Origin: Candidatus Kaiserbacteria bacterium
Lineage (GTDB): Bacteria; Patescibacteriota; Minisyncoccia; Phycocordibacterales; UBA918
Assembly: GCA_016204695.1 (NCBI GenBank)
Contig: JACQKD010000001.1
Span: forward strand, 4,976-68,975
Length of the DNA: 64,000 nucleotides
Reading direction: 5' to 3'
Shown here: positions 18,135 to 27,604 of the stretch, piece by piece
Layout of the letters: every line of letters begins with the position of its first letter
How positions within the stretch are numbered: position 1 is the stretch's first letter
Made by a program: the position numbers and the translations under genes
The notes under the pieces: model-generated
Database searches by the model: none
Told to the model about the DNA's origin: nothing
The model's input: only the letters and a program-made list of their open reading frames with translations

Positions 18135-18878
18135 GTGTCTATGACAAGGCCTCGAGCAGTGGTGTTTGCATCTGGAAGGAAAAGGGGAGGTGGTAGCGGG
18201 TTTAAAAAACTCGTCGAAGCTTCCCGAGAGGATATCTTGGAAGCTGACATTGTCGCTGTGGTTTCCCAGCATCAAAATGGAGGTGTACACGAACGTGCTG
18301 TCCTTTTGAACATACCGTTTATATTATTCCCCCGAGGGAGTCATCAGCTACCAGATCCGTACAACCAGATCGCGCGAGCCTGCCATGCAGATTTCTGCTT
18401 TCTTTCGGGATGGACATTGTATGTGTACGGAATTGACCCACGCAAGTGGATCAATATTCATCCCGCTCGGCTTCCTATCCATGGTGGGCAGGGGTGGCAC
18501 GGTATCGCCGTCCACGAACGAGTGCTTGCCGCATTTCGAAGTGGGGATGTCAGGACGACTGCCGTGAGTATGCATTTCGTTACGCCGAAGTATGATGACG
18601 GCGAAGCAGTCTTTTTTGAACAGGAAGTCGAGATCAAAGAAGACGATGATCCACATACACTTGCCGCCCGGGTGAACGAGGTAGAGCATAGGTTTCAAGC
18701 GAGGGTGTCAGATCTTGTTGTCAGGGGCGAGGTCGGCTGGGATGGCGCGGATCCGCGTTCTATACGGACTCCCGCTGGATACATACGGAAGCGCCCCGTG
18801 ACGTTTGTCGACGACGAGCGGCTTGTCTTCCCTTCTGTCGTGCGAAAGGGAGTCCTGTTCTATGTGACGCATCGGTAA
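18135..18878 (+). CDS. Formyltransferase-fold protein (PurN / sugar N-formyltransferase-like).
   Basis: RAVVFASGRKRGGGSGFKKL... N-terminus and INIHPARLPIHGG (Asn-His) plus a downstream Asp-containing SMHFVTPKYDDGEAV, as in the PurN/Fmt N-terminal catalytic domain. Only 247 aa and adjacent to a GT2 gene. Confidence 0.55.
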   Translation: MSMTRPRAVVFASGRKRGGGSGFKKLVEASREDILEADIVAVVSQHQNGGVHERAVLLNIPFILFPRGSHQLPDPYNQIARACHADFCFLSGWTLYVYGIDPRKWINIHPARLPIHGGQGWHGIAVHERVLAAFRSGDVRTTAVSMHFVTPKYDDGEAVFFEQEVEIKEDDDPHTLAARVNEVEHRFQARVSDLVVRGEVGWDGADPRSIRTPAGYIRKRPVTFVDDERLVFPSVVRKGVLFYVTHR

Positions 18879-18934
18879 CTGTCCCGAGTCATCACGCGGT
18901 TTCATAGAACCGCGTGATGACAAATCTCCAGCTC

Positions 18935-18955
18935 TGGTAGCTGGATTTTTTGCGT
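18935..18955 (+). terminator. Terminator hairpin after the formyltransferase gene, preceded by a perfect 12-bp palindrome at 18889-18922.
   Basis: ccagct ctggt agctgg atttttt. Upstream palindrome gtcatcacgcgg-N10-ccgcgtgatgac. Confidence 0.5.
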
Positions 18956-20577
18956 TGTATGCAGTATTCTCCTTAGTACGACTCATGGAGGAAGGGAGAC
19001 AAACTATCGTGCGCCTGCCGTATTCTCTGCGGCCCGACTTCAAGGTCGGCAGGGCGGAAGAATTGAGCGGCAAAGACCGCGTGCTCTATCGATTTCTTGA
19101 AATTCTGCCGGGCGCCGTCTCGTGGCTGACCCTTATCGGCGTGGTGTTCGCCTCGATGTATGCGCCGGTCTTTGCGGCGTATTTCATCATCGCCTTCTCG
19201 CTCTATTGGCTTCTGAAGACTATTTTTCTCTCGGCGCATTTGCGGCATAACTGGCGGCACCTGCGGCACCACATGAAGCTTGATTGGAAGGCGATACTCG
19301 CGCCGCTTCCGCATGACCATATCTACCACCTCGTGCTGTTTCCGTTTTATAAAGAGCCGGAGGAGGTGCTCGAAGCGACGATCAACTCCCTCTATTGCTC
19401 GGACTATCGCAATGACCGGATGATCGTCATTCTGCCGGTCGAAGCGCGCGCGGGAGAGAGCGCCCTCGCAAACGCCCGCCGTCTCGAAGAGCGGTGGAAG
19501 GGGAAGTTCGCGCATTTCCTGGTCTCCGTGCATCCGGCGGATATCCCCGGAGAGATGGCCGGCAAAGGGTCGAATGTTGTCTGGGCGATCGAAAAAGCGC
19601 GCGTCGAAATATTGGATCGACACAACATCCCGTATGACGACGTGCTCGTCTCCAACCTCGACAGCGATACGGTCGTCTATCCGCAGTATTTCAACTGCTT
19701 GACCTGGCATTTCCTCACCGCGGAAAAGCCCCACAAGACTTCGTTCCAGCCGGTGCCCATTTTCAATAACAACGTCTGGGACGCGCCCGCAATCTCGCGC
19801 GTGACCGCGATGTCGAGCACCTTCTGGGAGATGATCCAGCAGGAACGGCCCGAACGCATGGCGACCTTCTCGTCGCATTCGGTGAGCTTCCGCGCGGTCT
19901 ATGAGATCGGCTACTGGCAGGTCAACATGGTGAATGAAGACTCGCGCATTTATTGGAATCTGCTTGTCGCCAACAATGGCGACTACAGCGTAACGCCGCT
20001 TTCCTATCCGCTCTCGATGGATGCGAACGTCGCGCCGACACTCCTGCGAACGATCAAAAATATCTATCTCCAGCATCGCCGGTGGACCTATGGCGTGGAA
20101 AATTTTGTCTATATCGCCTACCATTTCATCAAGAACAAACAGATTCCGCGCGGCAAGCGCTTGCGCATTCTTCTCACGCAGGCCGAAGGGTATTGGTCGC
20201 TCGTGACCAACCCCATCATGCTCTTTCTCCTCGGGTGGTTGCCGCTTTTTCTCGGCGGGAGGGCATTTCACGAGACGGTGCTTTCATACAATCTGCCGAT
20301 CGTCGTGCGCAACCTCCTGATCCTCGCGATGTTGGGACTCGTTGTCTCTTCGATGATCTCGCTGACTCTCTTGCCTCAGCGTCCGCATGACCGGAGCCGC
20401 TTCATCTATGTCGTGCTCGCGCTCCAATGGATCTTGGTGCCGATCACAATGATTTTCTTCAGTGCATTGCCCGGTCTTGATGCGCAGACGCGGCTTATGC
20501 TCGGCAAATATCTCGGCTTCTGGGTGACACCGAAGACGAGGCCGAATGTACAAGGAGCGCCGAGTCCCGTTCTCTGA
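18955..20577 (+). CDS. Integral-membrane family-2 glycosyltransferase (processive, cellulose/chitin-synthase-like).
   Basis: Multiple TM helices flank a cytoplasmic GT-A domain with NLDSDT (DxD) and QHRRWTYG (QxxRW) motifs. Confidence 0.75.
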   Translation: MYAVFSLVRLMEEGRQTIVRLPYSLRPDFKVGRAEELSGKDRVLYRFLEILPGAVSWLTLIGVVFASMYAPVFAAYFIIAFSLYWLLKTIFLSAHLRHNWRHLRHHMKLDWKAILAPLPHDHIYHLVLFPFYKEPEEVLEATINSLYCSDYRNDRMIVILPVEARAGESALANARRLEERWKGKFAHFLVSVHPADIPGEMAGKGSNVVWAIEKARVEILDRHNIPYDDVLVSNLDSDTVVYPQYFNCLTWHFLTAEKPHKTSFQPVPIFNNNVWDAPAISRVTAMSSTFWEMIQQERPERMATFSSHSVSFRAVYEIGYWQVNMVNEDSRIYWNLLVANNGDYSVTPLSYPLSMDANVAPTLLRTIKNIYLQHRRWTYGVENFVYIAYHFIKNKQIPRGKRLRILLTQAEGYWSLVTNPIMLFLLGWLPLFLGGRAFHETVLSYNLPIVVRNLLILAMLGLVVSSMISLTLLPQRPHDRSRFIYVVLALQWILVPITMIFFSALPGLDAQTRLMLGKYLGFWVTPKTRPNVQGAPSPVL

Positions 20578-20594
20578 TATTTGTTTGTTTTCCT

Positions 20595-21545
20595 ATGGCA
20601 CCCGCATCCATCATCCCTACACTTTCTCGGTCTCGCAGGCGTATCTATTTCCGCCTCGCGGTCTTGGTGTTCGTTTTCGCCATCCCGTTTCTCTTTTTGT
20701 ACGCCACGGGTTATCGGATTGACGGGTTTTCCAGTCTCACGAGTACCGGCGGCATCTATGTCGGCACGGGGCAGGCGGACGCGTCGATCTACATTGACGG
20801 TGAGTTGGTACACGAGACCGGGACATTCCGCCGCGCGTTTTATGTGCAGGACCTGATTCCCGGATCATATACGATACTCGTTTCAAAAGAAGGATATCAT
20901 CCGTGGAAGAAAGTGCTTCCTGTCGAAGCGTATCGGGTGACGGAAGCCCAGGCGTTCAATCTGCCCGAAGAGCCGCTGTTGGTGCTGATCCCTCCGACGT
21001 TTACGATCCAGACGCCGAACGCGACCACAACCGCGACATCCACCGTCTTCCTTTCGAACCCCGTGTATGAGGAAATAACGGCATCGTTTGCCACGACCAC
21101 GCAGGCGGGTCTTATCCAGCAGGCGCCGCGCGCGTCCGCTTCCGCCGAAGAGCGACTTATCTCTACGGTTGCCGTTTCCAAGACCGCGACGACGACCAAG
21201 GAGTTTCGCGGGATGCAACTCTATGATGCGGGCGAGCGGGTCGTCGCGCGATGGGTGCGCGAGAGGGACACCGCCCCATTCTACTTGTGTGCGGAGGAAG
21301 GTGTCTGCATGAGCGAAGTGTCGCTCACTACGGACGGAGAGAAGCCCTCGTACTTCGACTTTCTCCCGGGTACGAGCGATCTGGCGATTGTGACGTTGTC
21401 CTCCGGCGTATACGTGGTCGAGCTTGATAACCGGTCGGGGCAAAACATCCAGCCGCTGTTTCCGACTCCGGGTGCCGACTTTCGTATCGTCGGTGGCGGC
21501 ATCTATGTCAAGTCGGGCCAATCGATCTACAAGGTGGAGATATAG
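20595..21545 (+). CDS. Membrane-anchored PEGA-domain protein.
   Basis: N-terminal TM. The segment GIYVGTGQADASIYIDGELVHETGT...GSYTILVSKEGYHPWKKVL resembles the PEGA domain. A Thr-rich linker follows. Confidence 0.5.
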   Translation: MAPASIIPTLSRSRRRIYFRLAVLVFVFAIPFLFLYATGYRIDGFSSLTSTGGIYVGTGQADASIYIDGELVHETGTFRRAFYVQDLIPGSYTILVSKEGYHPWKKVLPVEAYRVTEAQAFNLPEEPLLVLIPPTFTIQTPNATTTATSTVFLSNPVYEEITASFATTTQAGLIQQAPRASASAEERLISTVAVSKTATTTKEFRGMQLYDAGERVVARWVRERDTAPFYLCAEEGVCMSEVSLTTDGEKPSYFDFLPGTSDLAIVTLSSGVYVVELDNRSGQNIQPLFPTPGADFRIVGGGIYVKSGQSIYKVEI

Positions 21546-21569
21546 GAAGTTTTCCGTATAATGGGAGCT

Positions 21570-22277
21570 ATGACAGAAGAAGGACACCTGCATCCGCTCT
21601 CGCATGTCGTACGAGATATTGAGATGATTTTCGCCGAGCTTGGATTTTCATATGTTGACGGCCCCGAGTTTGAGACGGAATATTATAATTTTGACGCGCT
21701 CAACATGCCGAGCGACCACTCTTCGCGCGACATGCAGGACACCTTCTGGGTGAAGCAGAGGAATGAAAAAAATGAGCGGCAATTACTCCGCACACAGACT
21801 TCGTCCGTGCAGATCCGCGCGATGGAAAAGCTCAAACCTCCCTTTCGGGTCGTGGTAACCGGCGGGCGCGTGTTTCGTAACGAAGCCACCGATGCCACGC
21901 ACGAAGCGCAGTTCTATCAGCAGGAGGCGCTCTACGTCGACAAGAATGTGAACCTTGCACAACTCAAAGGCACGCTCTCGTATTTTTGTAGGCGATTCTT
22001 CGGTGAGGAGTCGGCCGAGATACGATTTCGCCCGAGCTACTTCCCGTTTGTCGAGCCGGCGCTTGAAGTCGACATGCGGTACAAGGGCAAGTGGCTTGAG
22101 ATCGCCGGCTCCGGCCTCGTGCATCCGAATGTCCTGCGGAACGTCGGTATCGATCCGAGCGAGTGGCAAGGATTCGCCTTTTCGTTTGGCATCGACCGGC
22201 TTGCCATCTTGCGGCACGGCATCGATGATATTCGTCTGTTTTACAACGGCGACCTTCGTCTCGTTCAGCAATTTTAA
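21570..22277 (+). CDS. pheS: Phenylalanine--tRNA ligase alpha subunit (short form). An alternative start is at 21561.
   Basis: HPLSHVVRDIEMIF..GF..GPEFETEYYNFDALNMPSDHSSRDMQDTF ... FRPSYFPFVEPALEVD...GSGLVHPNVL are class II core motifs. TATAAT at 21557-21562 overlaps the first ATG and lies 7 nt before the second ATG (21570). Confidence 0.9.
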   Translation: MTEEGHLHPLSHVVRDIEMIFAELGFSYVDGPEFETEYYNFDALNMPSDHSSRDMQDTFWVKQRNEKNERQLLRTQTSSVQIRAMEKLKPPFRVVVTGGRVFRNEATDATHEAQFYQQEALYVDKNVNLAQLKGTLSYFCRRFFGEESAEIRFRPSYFPFVEPALEVDMRYKGKWLEIAGSGLVHPNVLRNVGIDPSEWQGFAFSFGIDRLAILRHGIDDIRLFYNGDLRLVQQF

Positions 22278-22282
22278 TTTTT

Positions 22283-24184
22283 ATGCTTGTCTCATACAAA
22301 TGGTTGCAAACGTATTTCGATACATCACTTCCCGAGCCGGAGAAACTCGGCGAGCTTTTGACGATGCGGGTGCTTGAACTCGACGGTCTTGAACAGAAGC
22401 AGAAAGATACCGTACTCGACATAAAGGTTCTCGCTGATCGCGCGCATTATTGCCTCTCGCATCGGGGTGTCGCCGGGGAAGCCGCCGCCATCACCGGATT
22501 GGTTCGGAACATTCCGGAAAAGCCGAATGTTGACGTACAAGAAAGTATAGACAAACCCCTCGTCAATGTCCTCGACGAAGAATGCGGACGATATGTTGCG
22601 CGGCGTATTGAAGGAGTCACAGTTGGCCGCTCTTCCGCACGGATAGTCGAATCTCTCGAGACGCTTGGTCAGCGGTCAATCAACAACATCGTCGACGCGA
22701 CCAACTTCGTGATGCTTGACATGGGCCAGCCGCTCCACGCATTCGATGCGGACAAACTTGTCGGCGGCATCACGGTGCGCAAAGCCCGCGACGGTGAACG
22801 GATGACGACGCTTGACGGGAAGGATGTCGTGCTCGATTCTTCGGTACTGCTCATTGCCGATGACGAAGGACCATTGGCGATTGCCGGAATAAAGGGAGGC
22901 ACGCGCGCGCAGGTTGACGAGAGTACAAAAAATATCATCCTTGAATCGGCCTACTTTAGGCCGGGCTCTACTCGGAAAACTTCCATGAAGCTCGGCATTC
23001 GCACCGATGCTTCGAAGCGCTTCGAGGTGGGGATTACGCCGGAATACGCGCCGGTTGCTCTCGCGGAGGTGACTGCGCTTATTCTTGCCGGCTCGCCCTC
23101 TGCGAAGGCCGGGCCGGTGCTTGATATCTACCCGCAACCGGCGCAGAAGACCGTCCTGTCAGTCGATCTCTCGGACATCAACAAGCGTCTCGGTATCGAG
23201 GTGCCTCGGGAAGAAGCGGTCGCTATTCTCAAACGACTCGGTATCGAAGTCGAGGAAAAAGGAAACGAGCTTGTGCTCACCATCCCGTACGAACGTCTCG
23301 ACCTTGCAATCCCCGAAGACATTGCCGAGGAAGTCGGACGGCTCTATGGGTACGAAAAGCTCGAAAATCAACTCCCTCCGTCGGGCGTAACCTCGACAAT
23401 CGACAAGCGCAATTATTATACGGAAAAAATCAAAGACATCCTTGCGGGACTCGGGTTTTATGAAGTGTATTTATATTCGCTTGTCGCCGAGGGAGATTTT
23501 GAAATCGAGCTTCCGCTTGCCGAGGACAAGAAGTTTCTCCGAACAAGTCTCGTGCCGGGTATTTCCCGCGCCCTCAAGTTTAATGCGAACAACGCGCCGC
23601 TTCTCGGACTCGACCAAATAAAGCTCTTTGAGTTTGGAAAAGTTTTTCCCAAAGATGGAGAAGTACTCATGCTCGGGCTCGGCGTCGAGAATGCCCCCGG
23701 ATACAAAGGAGGGAAGCCGCAGGAAGAGATACGGAAGGCGATGGAAAAGCTGGCGGAGGCGCTCGGTCTGCCGTCTTCCGCATTGTCGCAGGCGCAAACA
23801 GGAGAAGGCGGTATTGTCGAGTGGCCGCTCGACGCATTGCTCGAAAAACTTCCCGAACCGCCGCAAGCAACACCCCGCTACGAAATCAATCGCGCCGTCC
23901 GCTTTCAAAAATTTTCTCCGTACCCGTTCATTGCGCGGGACATCGCGATGTGGGTTGATGAGGGTGTAAGTGCTTCGGACATAGAAACGGTGCTGAAAGC
24001 AACCGCCGGAGACCTCCTCGTTCGTCTCTCGTTGTTTGACGAGTACAAAAAAGATGCTCGCATCTCCTACGCCTTCCGCCTCGTCTTCCAGTCCATGGAC
24101 CGCACTCTCACGAACGAAGAAATAAACGCCGTCATGACTCAAGTCACCCAAGCCGTCACCGCCAAAAACTGGGAAGTGCGATAA
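22283..24184 (+). CDS. pheT: Phenylalanine--tRNA ligase beta subunit (short form without the N-terminal tRNA-binding domain).
   Basis: MLVSYKWLQTYF... B3/B4 region. C-terminal FDEYKKDARISYAFRLVFQSMDRTLTNEEIN is the FDX-ACB anticodon-binding-like C-terminus. Confidence 0.9.
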   Translation: MLVSYKWLQTYFDTSLPEPEKLGELLTMRVLELDGLEQKQKDTVLDIKVLADRAHYCLSHRGVAGEAAAITGLVRNIPEKPNVDVQESIDKPLVNVLDEECGRYVARRIEGVTVGRSSARIVESLETLGQRSINNIVDATNFVMLDMGQPLHAFDADKLVGGITVRKARDGERMTTLDGKDVVLDSSVLLIADDEGPLAIAGIKGGTRAQVDESTKNIILESAYFRPGSTRKTSMKLGIRTDASKRFEVGITPEYAPVALAEVTALILAGSPSAKAGPVLDIYPQPAQKTVLSVDLSDINKRLGIEVPREEAVAILKRLGIEVEEKGNELVLTIPYERLDLAIPEDIAEEVGRLYGYEKLENQLPPSGVTSTIDKRNYYTEKIKDILAGLGFYEVYLYSLVAEGDFEIELPLAEDKKFLRTSLVPGISRALKFNANNAPLLGLDQIKLFEFGKVFPKDGEVLMLGLGVENAPGYKGGKPQEEIRKAMEKLAEALGLPSSALSQAQTGEGGIVEWPLDALLEKLPEPPQATPRYEINRAVRFQKFSPYPFIARDIAMWVDEGVSASDIETVLKATAGDLLVRLSLFDEYKKDARISYAFRLVFQSMDRTLTNEEINAVMTQVTQAVTAKNWEVR

Positions 24185-24238
24185 GTGTTAGAAAGTAGCG
24201 ACAAAGAGCGGTATTTTTGCTATACTACAGACAACAAA

Positions 24239-26359
24239 ATGGCTAAAAACACATCTCCCAAAACGCTAAAAGTAAAGGTTTCTGAAAAAGTGAAGGTTTA
24301 TGATGCCACGAGCATTACCGTGCTTGAAGGGCTTGACCCGGTGCGCAAGCGGCCGGGCATGTACATCGGTACGACCGGTACGGATGGTCTCCACCATCTT
24401 ATTTGGGAAGTTTTTGATAACTCCCGCGACGAGGCGATGGGCGGATTTGCCGACCGTGTCGAGGTCGTGCTTCTGCCGGACAATCGCATTCGTGTCGTCG
24501 ACAACGGCCGCGGCAATCCGGTGGATATGCACAAGCAGACGAATGTGTCCGCGCTTGAGACCATCATGACGACGCTTCACGCCGGAGGAAAATTTGGCGG
24601 CGAAGGGTACAAGGTTTCCGGCGGACTCCATGGTGTCGGCGTGTCGGTGGTCAACGCGCTCTCGACGTATGTCCGCGCCGACGTCTACCGCGACGGCGGT
24701 CACTTCGTGCAGGAATATGAAATCGGCAAGCCGAAGGCGAAGGTGAAAAAGGTCGGCGCGTCGGACCTCAACGGCACGATTATCACCTTCGAGCCGGATA
24801 TCTCCATCTTCAAAGAAATTTCATTCGAGTGGAATCGTATCGTCGCGCACTTGCGCCAGCAGGCGTATTTGGTCAAAGGGATGCACTTGCGGGTGATTGA
24901 CGCGCGAGAGACGAAAGTGCCGAATCTCGACAACACGTTTTGGTTTGCCGACCTCGGTGTTGAAGCGCCGTCGCAGACGTTCTACTTCGAAGGCGGTTTG
25001 CGCTCTCTCGTCGCATTCCACAATCAGTATCAGAAGCCCATTCACCGACACATTTTTTATGTCGAGAAAGAAAATGTTGACGCGGCGGTGCTTTCGGTCG
25101 AAGTCGCATTGCAGTATGTGGACGACATCTCCGCGCGCATCACCGCCTTTGCCAACAATATCCACAACGCCGAGCACGGCACGCACGTCACCGGCTTCAA
25201 GACCGCGCTCACCCGCACGCTGAATAATTACGCGCGCAAGAACAATTTTATAAAAGAAAAAGACGAGTCGTTCACCGGCGAAGATGTGCTCGAAGGCATC
25301 ACCGTCGTCATCTCGGTGAAGATGCCGGAAATACAATTTGAAGGACAGACCAAGAGCAAACTCGGTTCGGTGGAGGCGCGCAGTGCGGTCGAGACGGTCT
25401 TCGGCGACGCCTTTGCGACATTTCTTGAGGAGAACCCGGACGACGCCAAGGCGATCGCAAACAAAGTCATCATTGCGGTGAAGGCGCGCAAGGCCGCAAA
25501 GGCGGCGAAGGACTCCGTGCTCCGCAAGGGCGCGCTTGAGGGCATGACGCTTCCGGGCAAACTCGCCGATTGTCAGACCAAGAGCGCGGAAGAATCGGAG
25601 CTCTTCATCGTGGAGGGCGACAGCGCCGGAGGAAGTGCGAAAATGGGACGCGATCGAAGGACGCAGGCGATCTTGCCTCTGCGGGGGAAGATACTCAATG
25701 TCGAGAGAGCGCGCATCGACAAGATGCTCGATTCCGAGCAGATTAAAAATCTCGTGATTGCGCTCGGGACCGCCATCGGCGATGTCTTCGACCTTTCGAA
25801 ACTGCGCTATCACAAGATAATCATCGCGACTGATGCGGATGTCGACGGTGCGCACATCCGCACGCTTCTTCTCACTCTTTTCTATCGCTACTTCCGGCCG
25901 GTCATAGACGGCGGATATGTCTATATCGCCCAGCCGCCGCTCTACAAAATCCAAAAAGGGAAGGCGACCACGTATGCGTACACGGATGCCGAAAAATTTG
26001 AAATTCTCGGTGAGGAGGGCGAGTCGGCGCAGATCGAGGGAAGTGCTCCGGAGATGGAGGTCGAAGGAGGGAATGAGTCCGTTGAAGAGGAGGATGCCGA
26101 TTCGTCAGTCGACGAAGAAGGAGAAACGTCAAAGCGGAAAATAAAAACGCACATCCAGCGGTACAAAGGACTCGGAGAGATGAACGCCGAAGAATTGTGG
26201 GAGACGACCATGAATCCCGAGAACCGCATCTTGAAGCAGGTGCATGTCGAGGACGCCGCAGACGCCGACCGCGTGTTCGACATCCTCATGGGCACCGATG
26301 TCGGCAGTCGCAAGTCTTTCATCCAGTCGAACGCCCACATGGCGAATTTGGATATTTGA
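24239..26359 (+). CDS. gyrB: DNA gyrase subunit B.
   Basis: GLDPVRKRPGMYIGTTG, HHLIWEVFDNSRDEAMGG (GHKL ATPase), the Toprim EGDSAGGSAKMGRDR..QAILPLRGKILNVE, and C-terminal GLGEMN. It contains a ~45-aa acidic insertion before the C-terminal tail. Confidence 0.95.
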   Translation: MAKNTSPKTLKVKVSEKVKVYDATSITVLEGLDPVRKRPGMYIGTTGTDGLHHLIWEVFDNSRDEAMGGFADRVEVVLLPDNRIRVVDNGRGNPVDMHKQTNVSALETIMTTLHAGGKFGGEGYKVSGGLHGVGVSVVNALSTYVRADVYRDGGHFVQEYEIGKPKAKVKKVGASDLNGTIITFEPDISIFKEISFEWNRIVAHLRQQAYLVKGMHLRVIDARETKVPNLDNTFWFADLGVEAPSQTFYFEGGLRSLVAFHNQYQKPIHRHIFYVEKENVDAAVLSVEVALQYVDDISARITAFANNIHNAEHGTHVTGFKTALTRTLNNYARKNNFIKEKDESFTGEDVLEGITVVISVKMPEIQFEGQTKSKLGSVEARSAVETVFGDAFATFLEENPDDAKAIANKVIIAVKARKAAKAAKDSVLRKGALEGMTLPGKLADCQTKSAEESELFIVEGDSAGGSAKMGRDRRTQAILPLRGKILNVERARIDKMLDSEQIKNLVIALGTAIGDVFDLSKLRYHKIIIATDADVDGAHIRTLLLTLFYRYFRPVIDGGYVYIAQPPLYKIQKGKATTYAYTDAEKFEILGEEGESAQIEGSAPEMEVEGGNESVEEEDADSSVDEEGETSKRKIKTHIQRYKGLGEMNAEELWETTMNPENRILKQVHVEDAADADRVFDILMGTDVGSRKSFIQSNAHMANLDI

Positions 26360-26371
26360 GCGTTGTTGCAA

Positions 26372-26413
26372 GCAGACCGAAAAATCCGCCTAAGGCGGAT
26401 TTTTCGGTCTGCT
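26372..26413. terminator. Perfect inverted-repeat hairpin between convergent gyrB and the surface-protein gene. Likely a bidirectional terminator.
   Basis: gcagaccgaaaaatccgcc taa ggcggatttttcggtctgc. The T-tract is on the plus side and the A-tract on the other. Confidence 0.7.
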
Positions 26414-26433
26414 TTCCGTCTCGATCCATTCTC

Positions 26434-27510
26434 TTAATCCTCGATATCGACTGTCTTTGAGAAAGAATTGTTGGCCGCGTTGATGTCGCCGCCTCCTGTT
26501 ACGGTCGCCGAGATGCGCTCGCTACCGTCTTTGCTGACGTCGTCAAATTGCAGGGTGATGATCTGGCGTTCGTTCGGTTTCAGAGGAGCGTTCGCACTTG
26601 ATTTGTATGTAAAGTCGGCATCGGTCGGAAGTGTTGCGGAGAAATACCAAACATCCGATGTTTTGGTGCCGATATTTTTCACTTCAAAGCGCAGTGCGCC
26701 GCGTTCGTCTTCTTCAAGCGAAGAATGAGGGGTAAAGATTTTTGTGCTCGTGTCGTATGTGCCGACGCCGATGAAGGTGGCCGCGAGATCGGTGAACCCG
26801 CTCGGATCGGACTCCGGCATCTTCGTAACGACCACCGGCACGGTCCGGTATTGTACGGGAGGTATGTCCGCCGATGGCGGCTCCGGATCAGATGTTTCTT
26901 CCGGTTCCGGTGTTGGTTCGGGCCGGGGCTCCGGCGGCGCGGAGTCGTTGTTGTCCTCTTCGGCGACGGTACCGTTGTCTGTCGTGGCAAGACCGTCCTC
27001 GCTGACTGCCGGATTGACGACGGTCACTTTGGCGGTCTGTGCTTGCGGCTCTTCGCCGTCGGGAGTGAATTCGATCGTGTAGGGTACGTCCGCGTAGCGA
27101 CTGCGTTCGGAGGAAAAGACGACCGCGGCCGATTCCGTATTTTTTCCAAGCGGCACGTTTGTGTCGCATTCGACTTTCGAAAGATTCCCCGACTCGTCTC
27201 GTATTTCGGCAACTACGCCGTCGGTGCATTGGTACGAAAATGCGTACGTTCCATCCGCGCCGGCTCGTGTCCAGGAAACGGTCAAAATCTCTCCCGTATT
27301 GAGAAGGGTCGTATCAGTGGAAAGGGTGAATTGTGTCTGCTCGTTGCGGAAACTCGCGGCGATCGAGCCGAGCGTGTCAAACGCCGCGGGAGCGAGCCGC
27401 ACCGCCTGCACGGCGAGCCATGCCACAAAGACAAGAGCAACGATGAAGCCGATAATGGCGAGGGTTTTGATAATAGTGGTCTTTTGCCGTTCGTTTTCCG
27501 TGCCGTTCAT
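26434..27510 (-). CDS. Membrane-anchored surface/secreted protein (N-terminal TM, Pro/Glu-rich linker). Hypothetical.
   Basis: N-terminal hydrophobic anchor IIKTLAIIGFIVALVFVAWLAV. PEPRPEPTPEPEETSDPEPP linker. No C-terminal sorting signal. Confidence 0.5.
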   Translation of the reverse strand: MNGTENERQKTTIIKTLAIIGFIVALVFVAWLAVQAVRLAPAAFDTLGSIAASFRNEQTQFTLSTDTTLLNTGEILTVSWTRAGADGTYAFSYQCTDGVVAEIRDESGNLSKVECDTNVPLGKNTESAAVVFSSERSRYADVPYTIEFTPDGEEPQAQTAKVTVVNPAVSEDGLATTDNGTVAEEDNNDSAPPEPRPEPTPEPEETSDPEPPSADIPPVQYRTVPVVVTKMPESDPSGFTDLAATFIGVGTYDTSTKIFTPHSSLEEDERGALRFEVKNIGTKTSDVWYFSATLPTDADFTYKSSANAPLKPNERQIITLQFDDVSKDGSERISATVTGGGDINAANNSFSKTVDIED

Positions 27511-27604
27511 AGTGCGGAGAACCTACCATGGTATGCAGTAGGTGTCAAGCTGGTGTAGGTTGACAAGTATTCAATATTGATGCATTGTTTCCCGACTACG
27601 GCCT

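Noticed and set aside
18973-20271. 432-aa minus-strand ORF
   Set aside because: Entirely antisense to the membrane GT2 gene, which has unambiguous DxD/QxxRW motifs. Arg/His-rich, as expected for antisense of a high-GC gene. No motifs. High GC suppresses stop codons.
23471-25954. Minus-strand ORFs of 226 and 377 aa
   Set aside because: Antisense to pheT and gyrB respectively. No coding signatures. Both genes on the plus strand are full-length and conserved.
26434-27510. Surface protein considered as the sortase substrate
   Set aside because: No C-terminal LPxTG-like motif, hydrophobic stretch or basic tail. It is N-terminally anchored instead.
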